Source of the DNA: an uncultured Bacteroidales bacterium
GTDB lineage: Bacteria > Bacteroidota > Bacteroidia > Bacteroidales > P3
NCBI GenBank assembly: GCA_947168665.1
Contig: CAMVMX010000010.1
Coordinates: 37,400 to 101,399 of the forward strand
Reading direction: 5' to 3'
Length of the DNA: 64,000 nt
In this document: positions 20,660 to 30,172 of the stretch, one piece after another
How positions within the stretch are numbered: the first letter of the stretch is position 1
Layout of the letters: every line of letters starts with the position of its first letter
Translations under genes and position numbers: made by a program
The notes under the pieces: generated by a model
What the model was told of the DNA's origin: nothing
The model's input: the letters and a program-made list of their open reading frames with translations, nothing else
The model's database searches: none

Positions 20660-23600
20660 CTTTAGTGATGCTATTTATAGTTGTTACAAATGGCAAATAT
20701 CTGATTTCGCCCCTTCTCTGTGTCTTGAGAACATCGATGTCGCCTATATTTGATGGACTATCGGGGTTATATTCCAGTAGTAAATATTTTACAGCATCCT
20801 TCTCCATTCTCTTTAAGTAATCTGATGGCACCTTGTCAGGATCCACCAACATGGGTTCTTTTGTTAATAGATAAGCCATCGGATTGCTCCAGTAATGGAA
20901 TAGAAGATACTTCAAGCTCTTGTATGCCGCCAACTGCTCATCCTTTAACAAGACGTCCTTGATACCCAAGGCGATTTTTCCCGCGGCTTCTGTATTCTTT
21001 CTGGCATTTGGCTGTCCGATGGCATACATCAATATCAAATCCAGCTTTTCTCCAACCAAATCCGCTTTTTTTGTATTCGGGAGGTCAACAGGGATACTGC
21101 CATAAATAAAGATGTCTTCTGCAGCCATTGGCATATTTGACGATTCTTCTTCATCATTGTATGGTATCACCTTGGCCTGTTCCGCGTCGTTTTTGAACTT
21201 GAAGTACATAGCCTTCGCTGTGGCTTCCATAACTGTTTTGTAAAACTGTGAGTCTTCAAACAACCGGGCGAAAGCGTCCATTTGCTCTGTATAACACTTC
21301 TGAGCCACCTTGTCGAAGGTCTTCGGGAAGATGTTGTGTGCAAACATATTGACATCCGTAGTCTTGGCTTGCTTTGCCAGTGTCTTGCCTGAGCCTTGCA
21401 AACGGTCGAAAATGCTCTCCACAATCACCCTGTCAGCTTCGGTAAAGTTGCCCTGATACATCAGGTTAATCTTTTCAATAATGTTATCCAGCAGGTCACG
21501 TTTCTCATCCGCCTTCTTGCCCTTGCCGCCTTTCTCGCCTTTGATGGTCTTTTCCTCGGTTGTCGGCTTCAATTGTATAGCTCCGCTAGGCTGTACCTTG
21601 AACAGGTGGTGTTCCAGCGTCAATTTGCCACTCAAATCCACCTTTTCGTGAGGTGTCTTAGGAAGCAGTTTGTAGAGGTATTCGCAGAAGATATACGTTT
21701 TAAACAGGTCTCGGTCGAAAGTTCTGGCAATCTGGGCCATATATGCATAGAAGCGGACAAACGACTTGACGAGGAAACGCACCTTGAAGCGCTCTTCCTC
21801 GTCCAACTGTCCAAAATCGCCCACAACCGGTTTCAGCACACTCGACAGTTTGCCCAGTGTCTTGTTGTCCTGATTTTCGTTATAGACTGCGTAAACTGCC
21901 TCCTCGGTCTCGTCGCTCCACAGGTGATACGATTTTAACTCAGTCAGGTAACGATATACTACATTGACATCTATCGGCTCGGCCAGCAGTGTGTCTTCAT
22001 AGAACGGCTTGAACGAAGCCTGTATGCTCTCGGCAGAATTGACGAAATCGAAGACGTATGTGTCTATCTTGTCCTTGCAACTGCGGTTCAGCCTTGAAAG
22101 TGTCTGCACGGCCTTAACGCCTTTCAGCCCTTTCAGGACGAACATAGTGTGCAACAGCGGCTCGTCAAATCCTGTCTGGTATTTCTCGGCCACTACCAGC
22201 ACATTGTACATATCGCTGGCAAAGTACATGGGCAGTGCCGACTCGCTAATCTTCAAATCACCCGTGCTGTTCAGCTGCGGTTCAGTATATTCCTTACCGC
22301 CGTAGCTGACCGTACCACTGAAGGCCACCAATGGCGACACATCGGTATAGCCTTTCTGTTTGCAGTATTCCTTTATGGCCAGATAGTAGCGCACGGCGTG
22401 TGCTCTGCTTGGCGACACCACCATTGCCTTGGCCCTGCCGTGAATTTTGGTCAGCGTAATCTCTCGGAACTTTTCCACAATCAGTTCTGCTGTCTGCTTG
22501 ATCACAAACTGGTGATTGTCGTGGTATTCGCGCACAGCTTTTAGTGCTGGCGGTTCTTCGTATTCTGGATTATCCTGAATGGTCTTGGCCACCTTGTAGC
22601 TGGTTTCGATGGGCGTGAAGAACTGCAACACGTCGAGGATAAAGCCCTCGTCAATGGCCTGTCGCATCGAGTAGTGATGGAAGGCGGTGTACTGTGGCTG
22701 ACCGTCTTCGCCTTTGCCAGCCTCGATGCCGAATGTCTGCAAGGTTTTCGGTTTGGGTGTGGCAGTGAAAGCATAGAAGTATTCGTTTTTATGCCGTCCT
22801 TGGGTCAGCAGGGTTTCGGTCATTACGTCCATACCGTCTTTCAGCTCCTCTTCGGTACGACCTTCCAGTTCGGCCATTTCTTTCAAAGCCTCGTCGGTGT
22901 CGGCAAGGGCAGCCTTAAGCTTCTCTGCACTCTTGCCGCTCTGCGAGCTGTGGGCTTCGTCCACAATGATGGCAAAACGCTTGCCTTGGTGTCCGTCAAG
23001 TTCTTTGTAGATAAGTGGGAAGCGGTGAAGCGTAGTAATGATGATACGCTTCTTGTCGTTGATAGCCTTGCTTAGTTCAGTCGAATTGTCCTTGTCTGTA
23101 ATGGTGACAACTTGGCCTGTTTTGTGGTCAAAGCCGAGAATGGTTTCCTGCAGCTGTCGGTTCAGCACGCGACGGTCGGTGACAACGAAGACACTCTGGA
23201 ACATCTCGTTGTCTTCCTCGTCGTGCAATGAGGCCAAGCGATAGGTCAGCCACGCAATCGAATTACTCTTGCCGCTGCCAGCCGAATGTTGTATCAGGTA
23301 GTTCTTGCCTGTTTGTGAGGATTTGCAATCTGAACTCCTCAGCGTGTCCTCTACCAGTTTTTCCACCACGTCGAGCTGGTGGTATCGGGGGAAGATAATC
23401 TTGATACTTTTCTTCTTGACTTTCTTGTCTTTCTCCAACAGGATGGTCTCTTTCTCTTCACGGCTGATATAGCGTTGCAGTATGGCCAACAGCATATCAC
23501 GTTTCAGCACCCGCTCCCATAGATAGCTTGTGGCATACCCGTCGGGGTTCTCTGGATTGCCGCCGTCGCCGACATTACCAGCTCCGTTGCTGCCCTGGTT

Positions 23601-24236
23601 GAAGGGCAAGAAGAATGTGTCTTCGCCTTTCAATTCGGTGGTCATATAGACGTTGTAGAGGTCGGCGGCGAAGTAGGCCAGTATGCGGTTGTTGAAATGG
23701 AACAGTGGTTCTTTGGGGTCGCGGTCTTCTCGCCATTGGCGTTTGCCGTTCTCCACGCTCTGCCCTTTCAACTGGTTCTTCAATTCAATGGCCACAACGG
23801 GAATGCCGTTCAGCGACAGCACCATATCAATAGTGTTGTGGTTCTGCGTCGAATAGGAGAACTGGCGTGTACAGGTCAGTATGTTTCGATGGTATTTCTC
23901 TACCAGTTCTTCGTTTTTATGCGAAGCCGGTTGGAAGTAGGCAAATCGAAGCTCAATGCCACGGTCTTTCACACCCTGACGCAATACGTGTATCAGACCG
24001 AAGTCGGCGACATTCTGTTGGAAGATGGTGTACAGTTGCTTCTCGGCTCTCTCGCCGTACACATTCTGATACCTCTGCCACGTCTTCGGCTGCGTCTGCG
24101 ATATAAAACGGATAAGCGTAGCCATATCGATGGCTTTCGCCTTGTCGTAGGTCTTCTGGTCGCCTTTGGTATATTCGCCCTCACTGAGCAGATAGGCTTC
24201 TATGTCGCTTTCAAATCGTTTTTCAGAATCTTCCAT
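20652..24236 (-). CDS. hsdR: Type I restriction endonuclease subunit R
   Basis: N-terminal nuclease region with VLSLNGIPVVAIELKN. Helicase motifs HSAGSGKS, VDEAHSSQ and the FTATP context. 1194 aa with an unassigned C-terminal ~178 aa. Confidence 0.9.
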   Translation of the reverse strand: MEDSEKRFESDIEAYLLSEGEYTKGDQKTYDKAKAIDMATLIRFISQTQPKTWQRYQNVYGERAEKQLYTIFQQNVADFGLIHVLRQGVKDRGIELRFAYFQPASHKNEELVEKYHRNILTCTRQFSYSTQNHNTIDMVLSLNGIPVVAIELKNQLKGQSVENGKRQWREDRDPKEPLFHFNNRILAYFAADLYNVYMTTELKGEDTFFLPFNQGSNGAGNVGDGGNPENPDGYATSYLWERVLKRDMLLAILQRYISREEKETILLEKDKKVKKKSIKIIFPRYHQLDVVEKLVEDTLRSSDCKSSQTGKNYLIQHSAGSGKSNSIAWLTYRLASLHDEEDNEMFQSVFVVTDRRVLNRQLQETILGFDHKTGQVVTITDKDNSTELSKAINDKKRIIITTLHRFPLIYKELDGHQGKRFAIIVDEAHSSQSGKSAEKLKAALADTDEALKEMAELEGRTEEELKDGMDVMTETLLTQGRHKNEYFYAFTATPKPKTLQTFGIEAGKGEDGQPQYTAFHHYSMRQAIDEGFILDVLQFFTPIETSYKVAKTIQDNPEYEEPPALKAVREYHDNHQFVIKQTAELIVEKFREITLTKIHGRAKAMVVSPSRAHAVRYYLAIKEYCKQKGYTDVSPLVAFSGTVSYGGKEYTEPQLNSTGDLKISESALPMYFASDMYNVLVVAEKYQTGFDEPLLHTMFVLKGLKGVKAVQTLSRLNRSCKDKIDTYVFDFVNSAESIQASFKPFYEDTLLAEPIDVNVVYRYLTELKSYHLWSDETEEAVYAVYNENQDNKTLGKLSSVLKPVVGDFGQLDEEERFKVRFLVKSFVRFYAYMAQIARTFDRDLFKTYIFCEYLYKLLPKTPHEKVDLSGKLTLEHHLFKVQPSGAIQLKPTTEEKTIKGEKGGKGKKADEKRDLLDNIIEKINLMYQGNFTEADRVIVESIFDRLQGSGKTLAKQAKTTDVNMFAHNIFPKTFDKVAQKCYTEQMDAFARLFEDSQFYKTVMEATAKAMYFKFKNDAEQAKVIPYNDEEESSNMPMAAEDIFIYGSIPVDLPNTKKADLVGEKLDLILMYAIGQPNARKNTEAAGKIALGIKDVLLKDEQLAAYKSLKYLLFHYWSNPMAYLLTKEPMLVDPDKVPSDYLKRMEKDAVKYLLLEYNPDSPSNIGDIDVLKTQRRGEIRYLPFVTTINSITKDE

Positions 24237-24290
24237 TGTGGTTTATTTCTTATCAGTTACATACTCACAAGACGGCCTCCGGTTTTGGGG

Positions 24291-24704
24291 TTATATCTCA
24301 GTGATTGGAGTTGTGAAGCAATACTCTTCATCTGTACTCCACTGTACTTGGTAGGTGTTTCCGTTGTATGTGTCAATCATTATGAAGTTGAACATATTCT
24401 TGGTTGGGTAGAGTTCAAACCGACCATTCCAACTTTCTTCTTCCGTGATTATATGGGAACGGTTGATTAAGTTTTCCAAGGCAGGAGTATCCGAGAGCCC
24501 ATATTGAACCATCCAAGTCTTTCCAGTACGGGTATCCCATTTCAGCAGGATATGGATATTGTCGGTCTCAATCATTTTGAATCGAGGGGTATCCATTGTG
24601 GCTTTCTGGATAGCCTGCTCTGGTGATAGATTCTCCGTGTTAATGGTGTTGTTACAGGAAGCAACCAACAAGGCCATAAGGCACACTAATAAAACTCTTT
24701 TCAT
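24291..24704 (-). CDS. Small hypothetical lipoprotein embedded in the R-M operon
   Basis: MKRVLLVCLMALLVASCNN lipobox. The gaps are 20 nt after the hsdS stop and 54 nt before the hsdR start. Confidence 0.55.
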   Translation of the reverse strand: MKRVLLVCLMALLVASCNNTINTENLSPEQAIQKATMDTPRFKMIETDNIHILLKWDTRTGKTWMVQYGLSDTPALENLINRSHIITEEESWNGRFELYPTKNMFNFIMIDTYNGNTYQVQWSTDEEYCFTTPITEI

Positions 24705-24724
24705 AATCTATTCTGTTTGATTGT

Positions 24725-26005
24725 TTATATTTCTTTTTTGCCAGTTACATATTCGTAAATGATGCTCTTCTTGTAGTCTTTCAATTCCTCAATCTTCTGT
24801 TGCTTGATGGCAATAAGACTATCAATCTCGATGCATTTTTGGTCGAGATGACGGATGATTTGCAATTGTTCCTCATAGGGTGGTAATGTAATAGGCGTTA
24901 CACCTATTTTACCTGAATTAAGATGTGGTAATAAGGCACCTGTCTTACATTGAAGTAATAGTTCTTTGCCCACAACGCTCCGTAAATAGTAGCAAATATA
25001 TTGTGCTATACAAATCTTGGCGTTAGGCGTTAGAATAATTAGAGCGTGACAGTTGCAATCATCATATTCGTCCGTAACCACAGCCACCTGACCAATATCT
25101 CCAGTTTGAACTATCAACAAGTCGCCAGTATGTATTTTGGGATGTACTTTTGCCCACTCGTCAGAAACGAAATAACTACGCCGTCCAAAATCAATAATGC
25201 CATCTTTAAGGTGGAGTGATTGAATGTATTTTACCCCGTCTTCCTTAAACAAATTTCTTGTTGGACCAACGTAGCCATTTCTAACATTAACAGCCAATGA
25301 TTGTAATAGCACCACTTTCCACCCTTGCGGTATCTCGCCAATCCAATCAATGCCACTGTCTTTGAACTTTACATTGGGATTGAGGCCGCGGGTGACGGCC
25401 TTGGTGATAACGGACTGCTTATAGGCTTTCAGTTCCTCGATGAACTCTTCCTGCAAAGCTATCGCTTCGCCAATCTCACCACACTTCCTATCCAAGAACT
25501 CCGCAATACGTTGCTGCTCTGAAAGGGGCGGTTGCAATGTTGGGAAAGTATAAAACTGCTCTGGATAAAGGCGTAATCTACTGTCTATGATTCCACGTGA
25601 TAAGGTCTTAAATGCTGCTTGATAACCGTTTATTCTCAACAAATAGTGATAATACCTTTTGTTGGAATCATTGCGAAAGTAGTAGACACAGTATGCAGGA
25701 CTTATCATTCCGTCATAATCTGAAACAGCATAGCTGCCATTCCACGCAAGCATTATGTTCATTACTAAATCGCCTTTGTGTACGACTTTGTAGCCCTCAT
25801 AGTTTGCAGCGATATGGGAGTCTGCGATTTCGGTCTCTGATTTGGGTTTTATACCTGTATACTGAGAGAGACTTAGCAATGTCTCTTCCCCAGTAGTTGA
25901 CTTCTCTTCTCTTTCCCGAAAAACGCCTTTCAATAATGGAGTATTCCAATCCTTTGGAACCTTCCCAATCCACGGTATTCCACTGTATTTCATTGCTCTG
26001 CTCAT
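24725..26005 (-). CDS. hsdS: Type I restriction-modification specificity subunit
   Basis: Two target-recognition halves are separated by conserved coiled regions: ...QQRIAEFLDRKCGEIGEAIALQEEFIEELKAYKQSVITKAVTRG... and ...QLQIIRHLDQKCIEIDSLIAIKQQKIEELKDYKKSIIYEYVTGKK. Confidence 0.9.
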   Translation of the reverse strand: MSRAMKYSGIPWIGKVPKDWNTPLLKGVFREREEKSTTGEETLLSLSQYTGIKPKSETEIADSHIAANYEGYKVVHKGDLVMNIMLAWNGSYAVSDYDGMISPAYCVYYFRNDSNKRYYHYLLRINGYQAAFKTLSRGIIDSRLRLYPEQFYTFPTLQPPLSEQQRIAEFLDRKCGEIGEAIALQEEFIEELKAYKQSVITKAVTRGLNPNVKFKDSGIDWIGEIPQGWKVVLLQSLAVNVRNGYVGPTRNLFKEDGVKYIQSLHLKDGIIDFGRRSYFVSDEWAKVHPKIHTGDLLIVQTGDIGQVAVVTDEYDDCNCHALIILTPNAKICIAQYICYYLRSVVGKELLLQCKTGALLPHLNSGKIGVTPITLPPYEEQLQIIRHLDQKCIEIDSLIAIKQQKIEELKDYKKSIIYEYVTGKKEI

Positions 26006-27186
26006 TTCTCTTCCTCCTGCTTATTATGCTCGAAAAGTTCTTTTTGTAGTTCTATCTCGCGGCGCAGTTCTTCCTGCGTTGGCATATATGTCAAATATTT
26101 GGCAGCATACATCTGCGGGTTGGTCGCCAATGTGGAGAATTGAGCCACATCGGCATTGGTCTCGGAACATAGTATTATTCCAATGGATGGATTGTCGCCC
26201 TCGGGTCGTTTGTAGGTGTCGTACAGTTTAAGGTACATCTCCATCTGCCCTACGTCCTGATAGCTTATTCGTGTGGTTTTAAGATCTATCAGCACAAAAC
26301 ATTTCAGCAGATAGTTGTAAAAGACCAGGTCTATATAATAGTCGTCGTCTTGTGTGTGTATGTGTTGCTGTCGTGCTACGAAGGCGTAGCCTTTACCCAT
26401 CTCGATAAGGAATGTCTGCAGATGGCTTATAATGGCCTCTTCCAGTTTGCTTTCGGTAAAAGCCGCATCATGGTTCAAGCCGAGAAATTCAACGAGCATA
26501 GGATTCTTGACAAAAGCCGATTTCTCCTGCTGATAGATGGCTGTTTTTTCGACCATCTCTTTTCCCACCTCGGGCTTATGGGCTGCTGGTGTCTGCATCA
26601 GCCGATAGTAGTATTGCGTGTCGATATTGCGCTTCAAGGTGCGGTAGTCCCACTGCTGCGACGCTGCTTCCTGCATATACCACATACGGGCCTCCTTGTC
26701 CGGGATACGCATAAGCTTCTCATAATGCATCCACGACAGCTGTGGAGGCATTGGGATAGAGCCTGTTGCGGATTGGGCAACCAATGGTGACCGAATTGGG
26801 CAAGCAATGCTTGCCCTTTTTGCATTGTCTTTAGCAAGAAGCGTTTGCTGAATTGGGGAAATCCGTTCGACAAATTGGGTAGGCAATGCCTGCCCAATTT
26901 GCAAAGTGTTGAATTCTAAGTAAAATCTACGATAGTTTTTCAATGCAGAGACAGAATAACCTTTCCCAAACTCGGCAGTCAAAGCCTCCGATGCCTGCTT
27001 GATAATCTGTTTGCCATATTCGGCACGCTGCTTGCCGTGCTGTTCCTGCTCCACGATGCGCCAGCCAATAAGCCAATTGCTGGCCACCTGCATTGTGTTG
27101 GCCGCACGGTAGCTATATTCTCTTGCCGACCCAACAATAGTTTTCAGGTCCGAAACAAAGATGTTGTTTTCTGCGATATCACTCAT
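26002..27186 (-). CDS. PDDEXK nuclease domain protein (DUF1016 / YhcG family)
   Basis: Architecture typical of YhcG: N-terminal VASNWLIGWRIVEQEQ..., C-terminal YIDLVFYNYLLKCFVLIDLKT nuclease core. Overlaps hsdS by 4 nt. Confidence 0.75.
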   Translation of the reverse strand: MSDIAENNIFVSDLKTIVGSAREYSYRAANTMQVASNWLIGWRIVEQEQHGKQRAEYGKQIIKQASEALTAEFGKGYSVSALKNYRRFYLEFNTLQIGQALPTQFVERISPIQQTLLAKDNAKRASIACPIRSPLVAQSATGSIPMPPQLSWMHYEKLMRIPDKEARMWYMQEAASQQWDYRTLKRNIDTQYYYRLMQTPAAHKPEVGKEMVEKTAIYQQEKSAFVKNPMLVEFLGLNHDAAFTESKLEEAIISHLQTFLIEMGKGYAFVARQQHIHTQDDDYYIDLVFYNYLLKCFVLIDLKTTRISYQDVGQMEMYLKLYDTYKRPEGDNPSIGIILCSETNADVAQFSTLATNPQMYAAKYLTYMPTQEELRREIELQKELFEHNKQEEEK

Positions 27187-27211
27187 AACATTCTTGCATT
27201 TGGATATGTTA

Positions 27212-28924
27212 CTATCTCCCCATTATTTTATTCATCAGCTCCTGCTCGCGCCGGTCAAGCTCTTGCAGGTGGGCGAAAATATCTTCACTGCGGCGTGGGG
27301 CAACATATTTGTAGAACTCGCGAGTAAAGGGTATCTCGTAGCCAATCTTGGTTTTCTTGGGGTCTATCTTGGCCTTCGGCAGGTATGGGTAGACATTGCG
27401 CTGCATATAATCATCAACGTCCTCTTTCCAAGGGATAGTCTCGGTGTCCTTCTCCTTGCTGTCGACAACCGTCACCTTTCGGAACTTGAAGTCGTCGTTG
27501 TCCTTGATCTTGACCTCGACCTGCAAGTCTCCGTCTTCGTACACGCCATCTTTAAAGGCCAGATATGCTTTCCGCACCAGAGCGATGCAGTCGTCCGTGA
27601 ACTCATTGCGTTTGTTTCCTATGGGCTTGCGGCGTTTGTGGCTGCAATGGCTGGCATCGATTAGCTGCACCTTGCCGCGACGTTTGGCCGTCTTACTTTT
27701 TGTGACAATCCAGATATAAGTGGCGATACCCGTGTTGTAGAACATATCGTTTGGTATCTGCACGATGGCTTCCAGCCAGTCGTTTCCCAGCAGATATCCT
27801 CGTATCTCGCTCTCACCGCTGCCAGCGTCGCCCTTGAACAGCGGCGAACCATTCTGAATGATAGCCATTCGGCCATCATCTTTCAGTTTGGCCACACCAT
27901 TGAGCATAAAGAGCTGCTGGCTGTCGCCAATGGCTGGCAGCCCCGGTGCAAATCGTCCGGCAGCGCCGCGCCGATGCTCGGCTTCGACAGCAGCTTTTTC
28001 GTTCTTCCACTCGATTCCAAACGGGGGATTGGAAATGATATAGTCGAAGCGATAGCCGTCAAACTTGTCGTCGCTCAGGGTGTTCCCGTGTTGCATATTG
28101 TCAGCCTGACCGCCTTTGATGAGCAGGTTTGATTTGGCAATGGCAAAGGTCTGTTCGTTCAGCTCTTGCCCGAACTCTGTCAGCTGAGCGTCGGGGTCAA
28201 TCTCGCGGAGCTTTTCGCCCAGACAGTCGAGCATCTGGCTTGTCCCCATCGCCATATCGTAAATGGAAGCCGTCACACCTTGTTTTTTGAGTATGTCGGA
28301 CTGTTCGGCAATCAGCAGCTCGGCCATTAGATAGATAATGTCACGGGCTGTAAAATGGGCTCCAGCCTGTTCGTCGTAGCTCTCAGAGAACTTTCGAACC
28401 AGCTCTTCAAATATGTAGCCCATATCGACAGCTGAAATAGCGTCGGCACCCATATAGGCTTTCTTGGAACAGAACTCAGCAATGACATTGTAGAGTATGC
28501 CGTTATGCTCCATTTTGGAGATTTCCTTGTCGAAGTCAAACTTCTCGATAATGTCAATCACATTCTTGGAGAAGTGGTTAAGGTAACTGCGGAAGTTGTC
28601 GGCTATGTTGTCGGCATCGGCCAGCAAGCCGTCGAAAGTGAAGCGAGAGGTGTTGTAGAAGTCGAAACCAGCAGCATCACGCAGGAAGCCGTCATAGACT
28701 GCCAGCTTACGCTTCACGGCATAAAGTTCGTAGGCGTCCAGCACGGCTTGCTTGGTCGGTGCAAGAGTGTCGGAGAATCGTTTGATGACGCACATAGGCA
28801 ATACCACATTGCCGTATTCGTGTGGCTTGTATGTGCCTACCAGCTTGTCGGCAATAGCCCAAATCAGATTGGCTTTCTCTTGTATATTGACGGTTGTCCG
28901 TTTTTGTAGTTCTTCTGTTGACAT
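27212..28924 (-). CDS. hsdM: Type I restriction-modification methyltransferase subunit (N6-adenine)
   Basis: HsdM N-terminal domain (IWAIADKLVGTYKPHEYGNVVLPM), IYDMAMGTSQML (AdoMet motif I-like) and the catalytic motif FDYIISNPPFG. Confidence 0.9.
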   Translation of the reverse strand: MSTEELQKRTTVNIQEKANLIWAIADKLVGTYKPHEYGNVVLPMCVIKRFSDTLAPTKQAVLDAYELYAVKRKLAVYDGFLRDAAGFDFYNTSRFTFDGLLADADNIADNFRSYLNHFSKNVIDIIEKFDFDKEISKMEHNGILYNVIAEFCSKKAYMGADAISAVDMGYIFEELVRKFSESYDEQAGAHFTARDIIYLMAELLIAEQSDILKKQGVTASIYDMAMGTSQMLDCLGEKLREIDPDAQLTEFGQELNEQTFAIAKSNLLIKGGQADNMQHGNTLSDDKFDGYRFDYIISNPPFGIEWKNEKAAVEAEHRRGAAGRFAPGLPAIGDSQQLFMLNGVAKLKDDGRMAIIQNGSPLFKGDAGSGESEIRGYLLGNDWLEAIVQIPNDMFYNTGIATYIWIVTKSKTAKRRGKVQLIDASHCSHKRRKPIGNKRNEFTDDCIALVRKAYLAFKDGVYEDGDLQVEVKIKDNDDFKFRKVTVVDSKEKDTETIPWKEDVDDYMQRNVYPYLPKAKIDPKKTKIGYEIPFTREFYKYVAPRRSEDIFAHLQELDRREQELMNKIMGR

Positions 28925-28936
28925 ACTCTTTTCGAT

Positions 28937-29227
28937 TTAGAAGCCTACTGGTTCATGCTTCAACCTAAAGGCTTCAGGGTCAAAAGTCATTTGGTAAATT
29001 TTGATGTCGGGGTTGCACTTGCGGACAGCCTCGATTATTTTTTCTCTGCTTTCTGCGTTCTTTTTCTCTTTGAGGTGCACTCCCGAGTAGACAAAATGAG
29101 TGTATGCTGGGTGGCAGTCGAACGGATCGTTCAACTGTGTGGCATTAGTGAACATCAGAGTGCCATAATAAAGCATCATCAGTCCCCCGTCTGCATCAAG
29201 GTATTTGTATAACCTGTCGTTGCACAT
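28937..29227 (-). CDS. DUF2971-like protein, apparently truncated (96 aa)
   Basis: LYKYLDADGGLMMLYYGTLMFTNATQLNDPFDC matches the DUF2971 N-terminal signature. The ORF stops 12 nt before hsdM. Recalled full-length family members are much longer. Confidence 0.45.
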   Translation of the reverse strand: MCNDRLYKYLDADGGLMMLYYGTLMFTNATQLNDPFDCHPAYTHFVYSGVHLKEKKNAESREKIIEAVRKCNPDIKIYQMTFDPEAFRLKHEPVGF

Positions 29228-29244
29228 GTCTTTTTTTCAAACTG

Positions 29245-29252
29245 CAAAGATA
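29245..29252 (-). promoter_or_regulatory. Candidate -7 promoter box (TATCTTTG on minus strand) for the DUF2971-hsdM operon
   Basis: The plus strand reads caaagata. The box is ~20 nt upstream of the ATG at 29227. Confidence 0.4.
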
Positions 29253-29510
29253 CTCTTTTTTTCTTGAATGGCAAAATGTATTTTATAATGGATAGTAAAA
29301 ATGAGATGTGTATTCGGGTGACGGATACGGGCTGAGGTTTGGAGGCTCTGCTCGAGGAGGTGGTCAGTGAAGGGAAGTCCGCTGGCGGGAGCACGCAATA
29401 TCCTTATTCAATGACATCCATCTTTCTTTCCGTTATTGATGGAATAGGTGCTTCCGTGCAATTTGTCGTCCCATCGTGTCAATTTCACTGTCCGCGAGGA
29501 TGGCGGCTGG

Positions 29511-29990
29511 TCATACGTATTGACGTATCAAGTCGGTAATCTTCTTGGCCAAGGCGGCTCGCTCGGAATCGGATAGGCACAGGCCGAACCTGCAACCCGT
29601 ATTGGAATAGACCAGGTACAACGTTTCGGGTCGCCATCCACTATAATCGTCATAGTATTCTACATCCTTTATTGCCGACAATGGTATCTCCATTTTCCGC
29701 TTCAGGATGCACCTGCGACATTCGATGACAAACATTTCGTCTCTCACAGCAATGGTTTCCACAGCACAATGCCACCTCATATCCCTGTCGATGGACATGA
29801 TTGACAATGGAATCATAACCACTGTAAGTGCAGGGATAATAATCAAGCCTACGCCTTCGCCGTTGTTCAGTTCAACCAATGTTAGAACAATCATGCACAA
29901 AGTCGCAAAGGCAGCCACTCTTCCACGGAATGTGGCAAAACCGTCGTATCTCTGGGTTTCGTGGGCTTTGTTTATGGACAAGATTTCCAT
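29511..29990 (-). CDS. Hypothetical membrane protein (2 TM + cytosolic beta-rich domain); last cassette of the array
   Basis: 159 aa with hydrophobic segments FATLCMIVLTLVEL and GLIIIPALTVVMIPLSI. Preceded by leader repeat R1. Confidence 0.55.
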   Translation of the reverse strand: MEILSINKAHETQRYDGFATFRGRVAAFATLCMIVLTLVELNNGEGVGLIIIPALTVVMIPLSIMSIDRDMRWHCAVETIAVRDEMFVIECRRCILKRKMEIPLSAIKDVEYYDDYSGWRPETLYLVYSNTGCRFGLCLSDSERAALAKKITDLIRQYV

Positions 29991-30097
29991 CTTTATTGTC
30001 TGTGCTTATTGTTTCTATTCATTTTATTGTTTCATTCGTGCATTTTCACCTCGCACAGGTGCGGGGTGTCGTTTTTGTGCGGGAGCGACGCCCCGAT
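29991..30097 (-). repeat. Cassette leader repeat R1
   Basis: The plus strand reads ..tgtctgtgcttattgtttctattcattttattgtttcattcgtgcattttcacctcgcacaggtgcggggtgtcgtttttgtgcgggagcgacgccccg. Dyad box cgcacaggtgcg at 30052-30063. Confidence 0.85.
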
Positions 30098-30172
30098 GCG
30101 GCGGATGTTTTGGGGTATGTTGTATCGGATTTGCAATCTGATACTGTTTTCAGGATTTTAAATCCGCAAACA

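Noticed and set aside
24725-26005. Phase-variable hsdS shufflon
   Set aside because: There is only one hsdS gene. There are no additional half-hsdS cassettes, no inverted repeats within it, and no adjacent recombinase.
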